64,000 bases of DNA, taken from positions 1,922,001 to 1,986,000 of the forward strand of contig OZ374558.1 of NCBI GenBank assembly GCA_977862235.1. Direction: 5' to 3'. This stretch comes from Dudresnaya verticillata (lineage: Eukaryota). Positions 36,900 to 47,131 of this stretch are shown here, piece after piece. The position numbers were made by a program, and so were the translations under genes. How positions within the stretch are numbered: position 1 is the stretch's first letter; every line of letters begins with the position of its first letter. The notes beneath the pieces are model-generated. The model worked only from the letters and a program-made list of their open reading frames with translations. It was not told where the DNA came from and made no database searches.

Positions 36900-39275
36900 G
36901 TGCGTTGGTTCACAGCCCCGCGCTACTGGCGTCAACTGATCAGTCTATTCTCAAGATATCTACGGTTTCCGGTGGGGAATTCGGCTGTAGATGCCGAAAC
37001 ACATACACCCAAAGCTTTGGTTGAGTACATTCTAATATCACTAATATGTGCCTTGCTTCTGGGTCTTCCGAAGCACCCATCGTGTGTTTCTAAGCTTCGT
37101 CCTATTGTCATTGGTGGCATCCTTCGTCGTTTCGTTGCCCGCCTGTTGATGAAGAAGATTGCCCAGGACAATACTATTCGTGAATACCTTCTTCCTCATC
37201 AGTTTGCAGTGGGAATCCCTCATGGAGCCGAATCTATTATTCACGCCATACGTTTTTTCGTGGAGTCTAATAATGAGCAAGACTATGTCCTTCTTAAGCT
37301 TGATGCCACCAACGCTTTTAACTGTGTTGAGCGTTCTATTATTCTCAGTGAAGTTATCGAAAGAGCTCCTGGCATTGCAAAGTTTGTGCATTTCCTTTTC
37401 TCGACTGAACCCGTTCTTCTATTTGGTCAGTTTCAGTTGTTCAGTCGGACAGGTACACAGCAGGGTGATCCGTTGAGCATGCTACTTTTTGCTCTCGCGA
37501 TTCATCCCCTGCTCATCAACATGCTCTCTACGTTCGCCTCCATCAAACTTCTTGCTGCATATGCTGATGACATTCATGTTGCTGTTCCGCGTTCTATTGC
37601 TTTCGATGTTATCCAGTTTCTAAAGACCCAAGGCCCCAAAATTGGTTTCAATCTGCACATAGCAGTGGGGAAAACAGAAGCTTGGTGGCCTTCTTTATCG
37701 TCCCGTCGTGTTTCTCGTTCCACCTCCCTAGGTTGTCCTATCAACAATCATTCTTTTATCACAGTTCTGGGCGCCCCTATTGGCAGTACTGAGGGCTGTT
37801 TACAACATCTAAGAACTAAGCATGAGCCCATCCAATATTTCTGGGCCCAACTGAAGCAGCTTAATGATCCTCAACTCGTTTTTCATTTATTACGGTACTG
37901 TGCTGGAACTTCCAAGCTTTCATACCTACTGCGATGCACTCCCCCGCAACTAACCCAAGCCATTTCATTAACACATGACTGTGGCATGCGTGGAGTGTTT
38001 GAACACACACACTTTCCACTGTCGGATGAATCCTGGGATATGGTTTCGCTTCCCATGCGACACGGTGGACTAGGTCTTACAAATGCCCGTCACATTGCCC
38101 ACTGCAGCTATATCACCTCCGTTCTGTCCTCTCTCGCCTGGATTCGATGCCTGGTACCTTTTGATTCTCCTACTTTGCACCACTTCCTCGCCCCGTCTCT
38201 TCACAACATTCGCGAACAGCAACTACTTCGTGAAGATCGTGAAAAATGCAGTGTTTCTTCTATCTTGTCGGCCGCATCTTCCATAGGTCATGGTGTCGTT
38301 CCCGCATTGTCCCAAGATCTTCTTCCCTATATTCAACGAAAATTGCGAAACGACCTCATGTCCCACATGACTACTCAGCATAGCTCTCGTGCCCGAGTAC
38401 GGATTCAATCTACCTCTACTGTCAACTCTAGCCGCCCTTTCAGTGCGCTCCCATATGCATCTTCTTCTACCCGCGTGCAACCCGACATATGGCTCACCAT
38501 GCTCAAACTCAGACTGGGTGTGGCGATCTTCTGCGGTGATCGCCCTTGTCCTGCTTGTCTCCAAGGCACATCCGCTGAAGTTCCACTCCTTGATATCTTT
38601 GGACACCATGCCACAATCTGTCGGTCGGGAACTGGCAGCATTCGCCGCCATGATACCCTCCGAAATCAACTTGGGGCTTTCTTTCGTAATACTGCTCGGA
38701 ACCATGGCGTTACTGTTCAGCTTGAACGCAACTTTTCCTACCTAGAGGAGACTGGGGATTCCCGAGTTATGGCGTCTTCTGCACGCACTGCTTCAGAAAG
38801 GCGTCGCAATGCCCGTCAATTGCAACGTACTGAAGACCGTTTCGAAGAAGACCGACGTGACCATCTTCGTATGGATCTCTATATTGATGACCCTGCGTTT
38901 GCTCCCCTCCCGCAAGCATTTGACGTCTCCGTGGTGACCCCACACCATCCAACTACACAGTCCAAAACGCCTCGCTCTCAACATCAAGCTATTCACCGCC
39001 GCGAGCAAGCTAAAGCCCGTCATTATCGTCGCTTATGTTCTACCAACCGGATAGAACTCCATCCTATGGTGATGGACATCTATGGTGCCATTGGTTCTGG
39101 GTTCGATCGAGGCGCTCAGCGCGTGGCGAATTTCTTAGCTGCTATGAAGGGCACTTCGCCGATATCTGAGAAACTATCTCTTCTCACCCACCTCACCTCT
39201 CTTGTACTTCAATCTGTCGCGGTGGCTGTTAACCGCCGTTTACTCTTCGACCGTCGCCTTTCAGATGAGTTTTAG
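36900..39275 (+). CDS. Reverse transcriptase + CCHC knuckle + restriction-like endonuclease ORF (first ~48 codons are flanking DNA)
   Basis: KLRPIVIG, QFAVG, LKLDATNAFN, GTQQGDPLS, YADD, LGAPIG, LPMRHGGLG, CPAC..HATIC, RRHD, RMD..FDVSV, KARHY. Confidence 0.9.
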   Translation: MRWFTAPRYWRQLISLFSRYLRFPVGNSAVDAETHTPKALVEYILISLICALLLGLPKHPSCVSKLRPIVIGGILRRFVARLLMKKIAQDNTIREYLLPHQFAVGIPHGAESIIHAIRFFVESNNEQDYVLLKLDATNAFNCVERSIILSEVIERAPGIAKFVHFLFSTEPVLLFGQFQLFSRTGTQQGDPLSMLLFALAIHPLLINMLSTFASIKLLAAYADDIHVAVPRSIAFDVIQFLKTQGPKIGFNLHIAVGKTEAWWPSLSSRRVSRSTSLGCPINNHSFITVLGAPIGSTEGCLQHLRTKHEPIQYFWAQLKQLNDPQLVFHLLRYCAGTSKLSYLLRCTPPQLTQAISLTHDCGMRGVFEHTHFPLSDESWDMVSLPMRHGGLGLTNARHIAHCSYITSVLSSLAWIRCLVPFDSPTLHHFLAPSLHNIREQQLLREDREKCSVSSILSAASSIGHGVVPALSQDLLPYIQRKLRNDLMSHMTTQHSSRARVRIQSTSTVNSSRPFSALPYASSSTRVQPDIWLTMLKLRLGVAIFCGDRPCPACLQGTSAEVPLLDIFGHHATICRSGTGSIRRHDTLRNQLGAFFRNTARNHGVTVQLERNFSYLEETGDSRVMASSARTASERRRNARQLQRTEDRFEEDRRDHLRMDLYIDDPAFAPLPQAFDVSVVTPHHPTTQSKTPRSQHQAIHRREQAKARHYRRLCSTNRIELHPMVMDIYGAIGSGFDRGAQRVANFLAAMKGTSPISEKLSLLTHLTSLVLQSVAVAVNRRLLFDRRLSDEF

Positions 39276-39326
39276 ATAAGCCCCCTTACGGGGCTGTAGT
39301 CTTTCCTATGCATAAAGGTCTCCATC
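37044..39326 (+). mobile_element. 5'-truncated RLE-type (CRE/R2-group-like) non-LTR retrotransposon with a 13-bp TSD
   Basis: TSD TCTAATATCACTA at 37031-37043 and 39327-39339; empty site at 29201-29213; 3' hairpin at 39279-39295 followed by ATAAAGGTCTC. Confidence 0.95.
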
Positions 39327-39855
39327 TCTAATATCACTACGCTTTGCACAATTTTGGTAGCGTCACCAAGGCGATGAAGCCCACATCTCGGGTTCTCTAT
39401 GTGAGGTTTCGTCACTTCTCCGGTGTCACAAAATGGAACCGGCAAAATATGTTTGCAATGTTGTGGAGTGAGCGTCTAGCTACCAAACTGCTGTGTATGC
39501 AAGAGCACTCTGTGTTGACTGGTACGCCTTAAACCTGCACGCGGTTCGTTCCCAAGGAATGCCAAACTCTGGTATCAGCACATTCTACAGCTCAAGAGCC
39601 GGGACCCTTATGCGATGCGAGGGGTTCATACTGTTATACTCTCACGCTGCGCTTAGCTTATGAGGCCTTCCGTGATCAGTCAAGACTCACATGGTCTCAT
39701 TTGTTGTAGCGCGTCAATGCATTGTTCATGTGGACAGTTTTCAAATGGACATTGTTCACATGGAAATAGGGGCAGGGCTTCTACCAGCCAAATACACCGC
39801 TAATATTGGAACCCCATTGTTCCATCTCTTTCAAGATTGCATAATCGTATCCATC

Positions 39856-40309
39856 TGTAAACTCTGCGTTGTGCTCCTCCGCGTTGTTGTGAAAACTGTA
39901 CTCTGCCCCTTCCCTCTCCTTGCGTTTGCTCAGAGAGGAGCAGCTTTTATTGTCATGTTTGTTCCTTCTGTCAGCTCCAGAAAGGTGGAGCTAGACACAA
40001 AAGAGTCATCTTCATTCGTTCTGCCAGCTCCAGTACGTTGGAGCTATACACAGAACAGCCATCCTCATTCCTCCTGCCAGCCCCAGAACCTTGGAGCTAG
40101 GCACAGAACAGCCATCCTAATTCCTCCTGCAAGCTCCAGAACGTTGGGGCTAGACATGGAATAGATAACGTAATACTCTAACGGCATACCGTACTGTGCC
40201 ACATGTATAAATCTGAACAGTACTACAAAAACAAATATCCCCCGTCCGAGCTTGAAGAACAAGTCCGTGTTGACGGCTTAAAGTTGTCGCTAGTCTAAAT
40301 CTCTCTACA
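39856..40309 (-). repeat. 3' LTR (454 bp)
   Basis: TGTAAACTC...CTCTCTACA; matches 45133-45639. Confidence 0.95.
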
Positions 40310-40345
40310 GGGCCCCATGCATGCGCCACTAGTGTTGTGTATGCA

Positions 40346-43300
40346 TTATTCGAGAGAGATCTTCAATTCATTGCAAGCCTTCCTAGCGAGTTTTCGCTTG
40401 CGTGTGGTTGACAAAAAGTGCTTCACCTTCTCAGGCACATCTTCATAAAGCTCTTTTAGAGCCTGCCATGTCCAATCAGTGCGGTGTGGCTGCCCAAGCC
40501 ATTGCACCTGAATGAACATTCCGTCATCAGCTTCACCTATGTCAAGCAGTTTGTCCACCATTTCAAAGTTTGCTTCAAGATGCTCGACTTGTCGAAGTAA
40601 TTTCTCCGAAACAACAGAACCGTCCAGCTTAGCTCTATATAGCATGAGACGAGCAGCATGAACTACTTCTATCTTTCCATCAATTAGTCCGGTTACTTCA
40701 TAAATAGTTTCGCTAATCACACGAGATATCCTTCGCGGACCTATCCATCTGAATTGGAGCTTGTGTCCCTTGTTCTGGGCACGGCGAACCACCACAAAAT
40801 CACCGACGTCAAAATGGGGTGTCACCAGGTTGGTGCGCTTGTTGTGATGCTCAACCTGCTTCAGCCGAGAATTGGCTACACGTTCTCCTACTTCCTTATG
40901 CATCAAACCCAGTGCCTCCTGTAGTTCATCAATCTTGATAATGCGCCTTGCATTGACTTGTGTTATCTGAACTTCACGCCGATTGCCATCAGCAGCCATA
41001 GGAAGCACAGAACGAGCGGGCTTTATCCCAGTCATTACCTCCAGTGGCGTACGGTACGTGCCATCAGCCCGCGAACCGAGTCTCTTCAGCGGCGCTTCGT
41101 TCAATGCCGCCATAATCAGGTCCACCACCGAAGGCCAGTCCTGCGGACCGAGCTGGAACTCCGAAAGGAGTGCAGTACAGGCTGCGCGGATATGCCTCAT
41201 GCACACCTCGACCGTCCCGTTGACCCAAGGTGAGTAGGCCACGGCAAATTGATGCTTAATGTTGTAGGTCTTAGCCATTGTATTCATGGCGGTGTTCTTA
41301 AAGTGTGGTCCCTGGTCGCTGACCCAATAGACCATAGTCGTGAACACACGTATCCATCGCGAGATGTTCTTAGCTGCGGCTTCTGAATCTGCAGCTACGC
41401 ATGGACAGAGCCACAGATATGTCGATAGATCATCCCTAATCACCAGCAAATACTTGAGACCGTCCTTGCCTATCCCCATATAAATAAAATCAAAGTGTAC
41501 GACTTCGTTAGGCATCGTGCCATGAAGTGTCAGGGAAATTGGCCGTGGTACTCGCTCACCACTCTTAGCGATAATACAGTGCAAGCAGCCTGCCACAAAT
41601 GCCCGGGCATCAGCCTCCATTGACCGCCAGTAGAACTGTTCCTTTAGCCGACTTATTGTCGAGTCACAGCCACGGTGACCTACAGTTCCACAATGGCTGA
41701 CTACCAAGAGCTTCATCTGTAGTTCAATGTCCGTGTCTGGAATCCAAATAAGATTACCATGCCGCCAAAGCCCATCGTCTCCAAACTTCAGGTCAGTAGG
41801 GCGATGTCCGGCATTCAACTGCGAGGTCTTGACCATGTCAAACGTTGGGATGTCAAACCCTTCACTGCTCGGTGTTCTCACGATATCTTCCGCCATCATC
41901 AAGCTTGTGATTCTCCTTGCACCCTTGCGCCTACCACGATACCCAGCATACCACCTTGCCATCAAGTCGGCTGCTATATTCCTCTCGCCACTTATGTGTT
42001 CTATTGTGTACATAAATCTTGATAGAAACAATGCCCAACGTTGCACCTTGTTGACAATATGGCGCCCGAGCATTGGATTCAGAGCTGTAGGGTTATACAC
42101 AAACAAAAGATTACGATGGTCTGTGAATAAATGTATGTCCTCTTCGCATGACAGCATGAAGTCCATTTTCTCGAATGATTGAAAGACAGCATATGCCTCT
42201 TTCTCAAATGTACTCCAATGTTGTTGAGTCTCATTAAATGCTGAACCGAGAAATGCGAGTGGTTGATGCCTTTGCTCCTCAATAGGAAGACTCAAACAAT
42301 TCTGCTCGCACTGAGTGACAATTGCGGCCCAATGCTCGTCAGAAGCGTCCGTGTAATCACAACTCGCCTTCTTCTGATCGCGATGAGCAATTTTCACTGC
42401 CTTCTGTAGTTGTTCTTGCAAACTGTCGAACGCGTTTGCATGCTTAGGGCCCCAGGACAGCGATGAGAGCCGTATTCCCTGGATGGAACGGGATGTACGC
42501 TTTCCTGATTTAGCATAGGCCTGTTCCAACAAATCACGCAGCGGTGCAACCCTTGATGCGAAGTCTGGTAGATATGTGGACATCCATTGTAAACAGTTGA
42601 CGAACTGCGACAACTCCGCTGCGGTCACTGGGTAAAATCCGGTTTTCAACCCACTAAGCCGTCGGGGGTCGCACTGCACCCCTTCGGTGTCAACAATATA
42701 TCCGCACCACTGCAGCTTACGGTCAAAGAGTACGGACTTCTTCGCAGAAACCTTAAGATTTCGTTGCCGGCAAACAGTAAAGAAAATTCGGAGATTAGAA
42801 ATGAGCCCGTCTTCGGAGTCGGCGTGGACCCCAAAGTCGTCAAGCCAAGCCTTCACAGCCTTCACCAAAGACTGAAAGCAAGGTTCAACACGCGACTGAA
42901 AATTTTGGACAGCATTCATACCACCCTGGAGTGTCCTTGTGGGTTTGTAAACTCCAGCTGGCGTCACGAAGCTGTGAAGGCCTTGGCTCTCCTCGTGCAG
43001 AGGCATTTGCCAATAACCTGCACAAAAAGCGATGCTAGCAAAGTACCTGCTGCCCGCGAAGTCGAGCAGTTCAGACTGTATGTGCGGCATCGGCCAAGCC
43101 ACCGGCTTCGTATTTTGGTTAGCGCGACGGAGGTCGAACGTCATGCGGTACTTAGTAGAATCAGGTTTCTGAACTAGTAGTGGCGGAGAAGTCCATTCTG
43201 CATGCTTGTTAGGCACCGCCATACCGAACTCCACCAACCTGTCAACCAGTCGCTTCATGTAGTCTCTTTGCTCAGCTGGATAGCGGCGTACTTTAGACAT

Positions 43301-45040
43301 ATACGGTACAGCGTCTGGTTTCATAGTCACCCGCATAGGCTCGACCTGAGCAGGCGGTCCTGGACCAAGCCGAACTCGAAACACATCTCGAAACTCCCCT
43401 AGCAGGTCCTGCAACTTATGCTTGCCATCCTGAGAGATTCCATTCTTTTCCGCTGACGACAACATTCCATCAAATGCGCCATCCAGTTCCTCCTGGGTAT
43501 CAACGCCCAATTCTGTGCGCTGCTCAGATAATGCACTGCCATCACCATCCTCCATGGCAGGGTCGGAGTAAAATAGTCCTGAAGAAAGAAGGCGGGCGAT
43601 AGAGCCTTCAGGGTAGTCCCTATCCATCACCTCGGAAGCATCAACCTCCCCTCGGTGTCTGTCACACGCCGCCTCGATTATCTTCTTAGTGTCGAGTCCA
43701 AGTGCTTCCTGGATAGGCCGCCCTAGTAGCGGCTCATCGACGGGCTCGACAGCAACGAGCCAGCGAAGGTTCCGAATCATTAAAGCCTTCCCGTGCCTGA
43801 TTTTCAGTTCAGTGTTTATCTCAACTTCACGGTTGCACGTCACATACATTTCGGAAGCAGCAAGTGCGAACTTCCTCGGCCTTTCCAATTCCTTCACATT
43901 CATTTCAGCCCTTCCTTCAACTAGTTCTACGAATACAGTAGATGGTAACAAGTTGATGTCGGAGCCCCCATCTGCGCACAATTTTGTTTGTACTATTCCA
44001 GCAAAGGTAACTCCCATTATTGTCGAATTACCATCTTCAGTAGTTACATCAAGACCTTTTCTAGATGTAACGTGCTTAGCCTTCTGCCTTTTGGACTCCA
44101 TCAACTCACGAATCAGCTCCTTAGCTTTTTCTGGACTCGTCTTCGGGCAATTACGAACACCTCCCTTGTGACGCAAGCCCTTTGCTTTGCATTCCTCATT
44201 TAGGCATGGAAGTTCGGGAGCGTTGTTATCAGGAGTATGAGTATGAGAGTCTCCCTTACTGTCCTTTGTAGACTTGCTTCCTTTCTTCTCCTTGTTTGCT
44301 CGAGCACCCTTTGACGCAGTCGAGTTTTGCGGTACATCCTTTTCATTTTTTCCTCGTCCAGAGTTCAACCGAGCCTGTATCACCGCTTCCTTTCTTAACA
44401 TAGCAACGTATGCTTTGACATTTTTTCCAAGCCCTGGTTGATACTCAAGCTGAGATTCCATAGCACCTTTAAGATGAGGAGGATATAATCGCTCTTGCAG
44501 TAGCTTCACGGTATTCTTTGGATTCCTTTCCTTGAAGTTTCCGTACCCAACGCCTTCTAATCGTTGAAAAACGTTGTGGACGTACTGCAAGACACGAGCC
44601 TTCGGATCTGAAATAGACATGGGCATTCTTACGCCTTTCAAGGCATCTTCGATTACCCTGGGGTCGATGTCCTCGTCCTTTCTTGTGGCGATTATAGATT
44701 TGACGTACGCTTCTATATGCTCGGACTCCAAGTCGACAAATTCAAGACCTGCGACCGAATCCAGATCTCCGAGCTTGTGAAGCATCTTCAGGAGGCTACG
44801 ATCCACTGACACCTTGAACGATGCGACAGACATGGACGGCACTTCCTTTTGTTTTTCCAAAACCTCGTCGACATACCTCTCTCGCTCACGCAAGAATGTA
44901 GCCCCCTTGATTGTGTCCACACTCCTTAAAACAGGATGCTGAACTGGCGCAAACAATGCGCTGGCTCCGAGTCCACTTGAAGCCCCAGCACCATTACCGT
45001 CCTCCTCGTGGTTGGAGCCGCTTCTGGTCATAGGCGGCAT
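40346..45040 (-). CDS. Gag-Pol polyprotein (gag, PR, RT, RNase H, IN, chromodomain), 1564 aa
   Basis: PR LCADGGSD; RT YRMTFDLR..GYWQ..WLDD; RNase H TDAS..EKEAYAV..TDHRNL; IN H..GH..CLHC, VHFDF, SDQG, NGTVE; C-terminal IQVQWLG..WTWQ. Domain order is RT-RH-IN. Confidence 0.95.
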   Translation of the reverse strand: MPPMTRSGSNHEEDGNGAGASSGLGASALFAPVQHPVLRSVDTIKGATFLRERERYVDEVLEKQKEVPSMSVASFKVSVDRSLLKMLHKLGDLDSVAGLEFVDLESEHIEAYVKSIIATRKDEDIDPRVIEDALKGVRMPMSISDPKARVLQYVHNVFQRLEGVGYGNFKERNPKNTVKLLQERLYPPHLKGAMESQLEYQPGLGKNVKAYVAMLRKEAVIQARLNSGRGKNEKDVPQNSTASKGARANKEKKGSKSTKDSKGDSHTHTPDNNAPELPCLNEECKAKGLRHKGGVRNCPKTSPEKAKELIRELMESKRQKAKHVTSRKGLDVTTEDGNSTIMGVTFAGIVQTKLCADGGSDINLLPSTVFVELVEGRAEMNVKELERPRKFALAASEMYVTCNREVEINTELKIRHGKALMIRNLRWLVAVEPVDEPLLGRPIQEALGLDTKKIIEAACDRHRGEVDASEVMDRDYPEGSIARLLSSGLFYSDPAMEDGDGSALSEQRTELGVDTQEELDGAFDGMLSSAEKNGISQDGKHKLQDLLGEFRDVFRVRLGPGPPAQVEPMRVTMKPDAVPYMSKVRRYPAEQRDYMKRLVDRLVEFGMAVPNKHAEWTSPPLLVQKPDSTKYRMTFDLRRANQNTKPVAWPMPHIQSELLDFAGSRYFASIAFCAGYWQMPLHEESQGLHSFVTPAGVYKPTRTLQGGMNAVQNFQSRVEPCFQSLVKAVKAWLDDFGVHADSEDGLISNLRIFFTVCRQRNLKVSAKKSVLFDRKLQWCGYIVDTEGVQCDPRRLSGLKTGFYPVTAAELSQFVNCLQWMSTYLPDFASRVAPLRDLLEQAYAKSGKRTSRSIQGIRLSSLSWGPKHANAFDSLQEQLQKAVKIAHRDQKKASCDYTDASDEHWAAIVTQCEQNCLSLPIEEQRHQPLAFLGSAFNETQQHWSTFEKEAYAVFQSFEKMDFMLSCEEDIHLFTDHRNLLFVYNPTALNPMLGRHIVNKVQRWALFLSRFMYTIEHISGERNIAADLMARWYAGYRGRRKGARRITSLMMAEDIVRTPSSEGFDIPTFDMVKTSQLNAGHRPTDLKFGDDGLWRHGNLIWIPDTDIELQMKLLVVSHCGTVGHRGCDSTISRLKEQFYWRSMEADARAFVAGCLHCIIAKSGERVPRPISLTLHGTMPNEVVHFDFIYMGIGKDGLKYLLVIRDDLSTYLWLCPCVAADSEAAAKNISRWIRVFTTMVYWVSDQGPHFKNTAMNTMAKTYNIKHQFAVAYSPWVNGTVEVCMRHIRAACTALLSEFQLGPQDWPSVVDLIMAALNEAPLKRLGSRADGTYRTPLEVMTGIKPARSVLPMAADGNRREVQITQVNARRIIKIDELQEALGLMHKEVGERVANSRLKQVEHHNKRTNLVTPHFDVGDFVVVRRAQNKGHKLQFRWIGPRRISRVISETIYEVTGLIDGKIEVVHAARLMLYRAKLDGSVVSEKLLRQVEHLEANFEMVDKLLDIGEADDGMFIQVQWLGQPHRTDWTWQALKELYEDVPEKVKHFLSTTRKRKLARKACNELKISLE

Positions 45041-45132
45041 CTTGAAGCACAGCCTTTCACTCGCTCTCCTAGCGACCTAGCCAAAGCACACAGCACTCTC
45101 TGGTCCCCTGCAGGTGTCGACACAGAACTTTC

Positions 45133-45639
45133 TGTAAACTCTGCGTTGTGCTTCTCCGCGTTGTTGTGAAAACTGTACTCTGCCCCTTCCGTCTCCTTGC
45201 GTTTGCTCAGAGAGGAGCAGCTTTTATTGTCATGTTTGTTCCTTCTGCCAGCTCCAGAAAGGTGGGGCTAGACACAAAAGAGTCATCTTCATTCGTTCTG
45301 CCAGCTCCAGTACGTTGGAGCTGGACACAGAACAGTCATCCTCATTCCTCCTGTCAGCTCCAGAACGTTGGAGCTATACACAGAACAGCCATCCTCATTC
45401 CCCCTGCCAGCCCCAGAACCTTGGAGCTAGGCACAGAACAGCCATCCTAATTCCTCCTGCAAGCTCCAGAACGTTGGGGCTAGACATGGAATAGATAACG
45501 TAATACTCTAACGGCATACCGTACTGTGCCACATGTATAAATCTGAACAGTACTACAAAAACAAATATCCCCCGTCCGAGCTTGAAGAACAAGTCCGTGT
45601 TGACGGCATAAAGTTGTCGCTAGTCTAAATCTCTCTACA
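45133..45639 (-). repeat. 5' LTR (507 bp; one extra 53-bp subrepeat)
   Basis: Same termini as 39856-40309. Confidence 0.95.
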
Positions 45640-47131
45640 CATCTAATCGACCTCAGCGACCTGAAGAAAGTAAATATTGTGTTGGATCGATTAGAGGTCC
45701 TCGTTTCAATTCATTTCAATTCGTGACCCGCTCTGTGCACACCCACATACCTCAGGATATAGCCAACTTTCAAAAATAGATATTGGATATCACAATACCA
45801 CTTACTAGTACTTTCATGCCCCATTGCGCCGACCACGTGCCAGGGTGCCAATTGCCAAAGGTCAAACATACAATAGCTGCAGCTGGCGGACGATCTGAGC
45901 TAAACAAGGCACGCAACTTCATGACGAACTGGCGACGTTGCCGCCTCCTGAGCTCTACGCCCACTACGTTCTACGGTTGCGCGAGGATGGCCCCAGCCGG
46001 ATGAATAGCGATACGCCTCGAGAGTGGCTCTACATACAAATCTTCTAGGATCTAGACCACCTCTGAACCGAAGCTGAGAGTCATATGCAGAAACGCGCTC
46101 CAGGTTGCAGATCGCGCAGATCCCGCACCCGGCCATGAGAGCGGAATCTTAAGTATGGAACAACGTGTGAACGCATGACGGCGACGGCGATGATATATTG
46201 AGAATCGAACGGATCCCGTTTTCCGCTTGTGGCACAGTGCTCTCCGCAATGTTGCAGCGAAGAATGTGCTGCCGTATATCTTTCGAAAACGGAGTAGTTT
46301 TGTGGACCTTTCCGGCAGCGTCACAATTTCCTAAGACACGGCCAAAAGTAAATCAGAAATTCGTCTTGTACCCTGTTCTAGCACATCATGTAAGTTTGGG
46401 GACGGTGCAGTGCCGCAAGCTGGAAACATGACGAGCGGCGCATTGCGTGAGCGAAAATGTGAGCATTGTCGGGACGTGCGAGATGAGACGAGCCTCGCAT
46501 GACCGCGCCGCCAGTACCTTCGAAGGTACACCGCACCTCAACGGGATGCTTTCCTGAGATATGCAAGCCTTGTCGTCCTTATCGCGTTGAAGGCCCACAG
46601 TGGCATTCACATGCAGTCCAGTTTTCAACCTGTCTAATAGGCACTGTCAGGCCGTTCATGGAGCAAGGAGCCACCATGAAGATGGAACAGTGTGTGACAA
46701 CGTCGCCCTGCATGATTCAAACCACCCATAGTTCGTGAAAGAGCACGAGCGTGGCAACTTATAGAAGGAGGGGCGTTGGGTCTTCGCCAAGGTGGTGATG
46801 AATCGAACGCTACGCTGTGACTCTACCGCAGAGCCCCAAGAATATTCTTCGGTATGTTTTTCTGGTGCACGTTGTATTCTAAACGTACCAAAACCCGAAC
46901 ACTGCCGTTCGCATTATCCTTGATAGGAAATCGCGGCGACCTGGAGGTGAGCAGCTTAGTTAAAAGAGCTGAGGATCGAGCAGGTTGAAATGTGTTTCGC
47001 TCAAAGAAGACCGGTACAAGCAGCCTTCAAATATCGGCTTTGTCCGGAAACTTGAAAGGGAATGTGCTGGTGTATGATCCGAGTCATCTATACAGCCTTT
47101 ACGAATCGAAAGAATTAATATGCTGTAGATA

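Larger units (their letters stand above)
39856..45639 (-). mobile_element. Full-length Ty3/Gypsy LTR retrotransposon with chromodomain, TSD CATC
   Basis: Two TGTA...TACA LTRs; CATC at 39852-39855 and 45640-45643; empty site GTATCCATCTAATCG at ~34885-34899. Confidence 0.97.

Noticed and set aside
39970..40160. Regularly spaced palindromic repeats resembling a CRISPR array
   Set aside because: The intervening sequences are homologous to each other, the array lies inside LTRs, and there are no cas genes.
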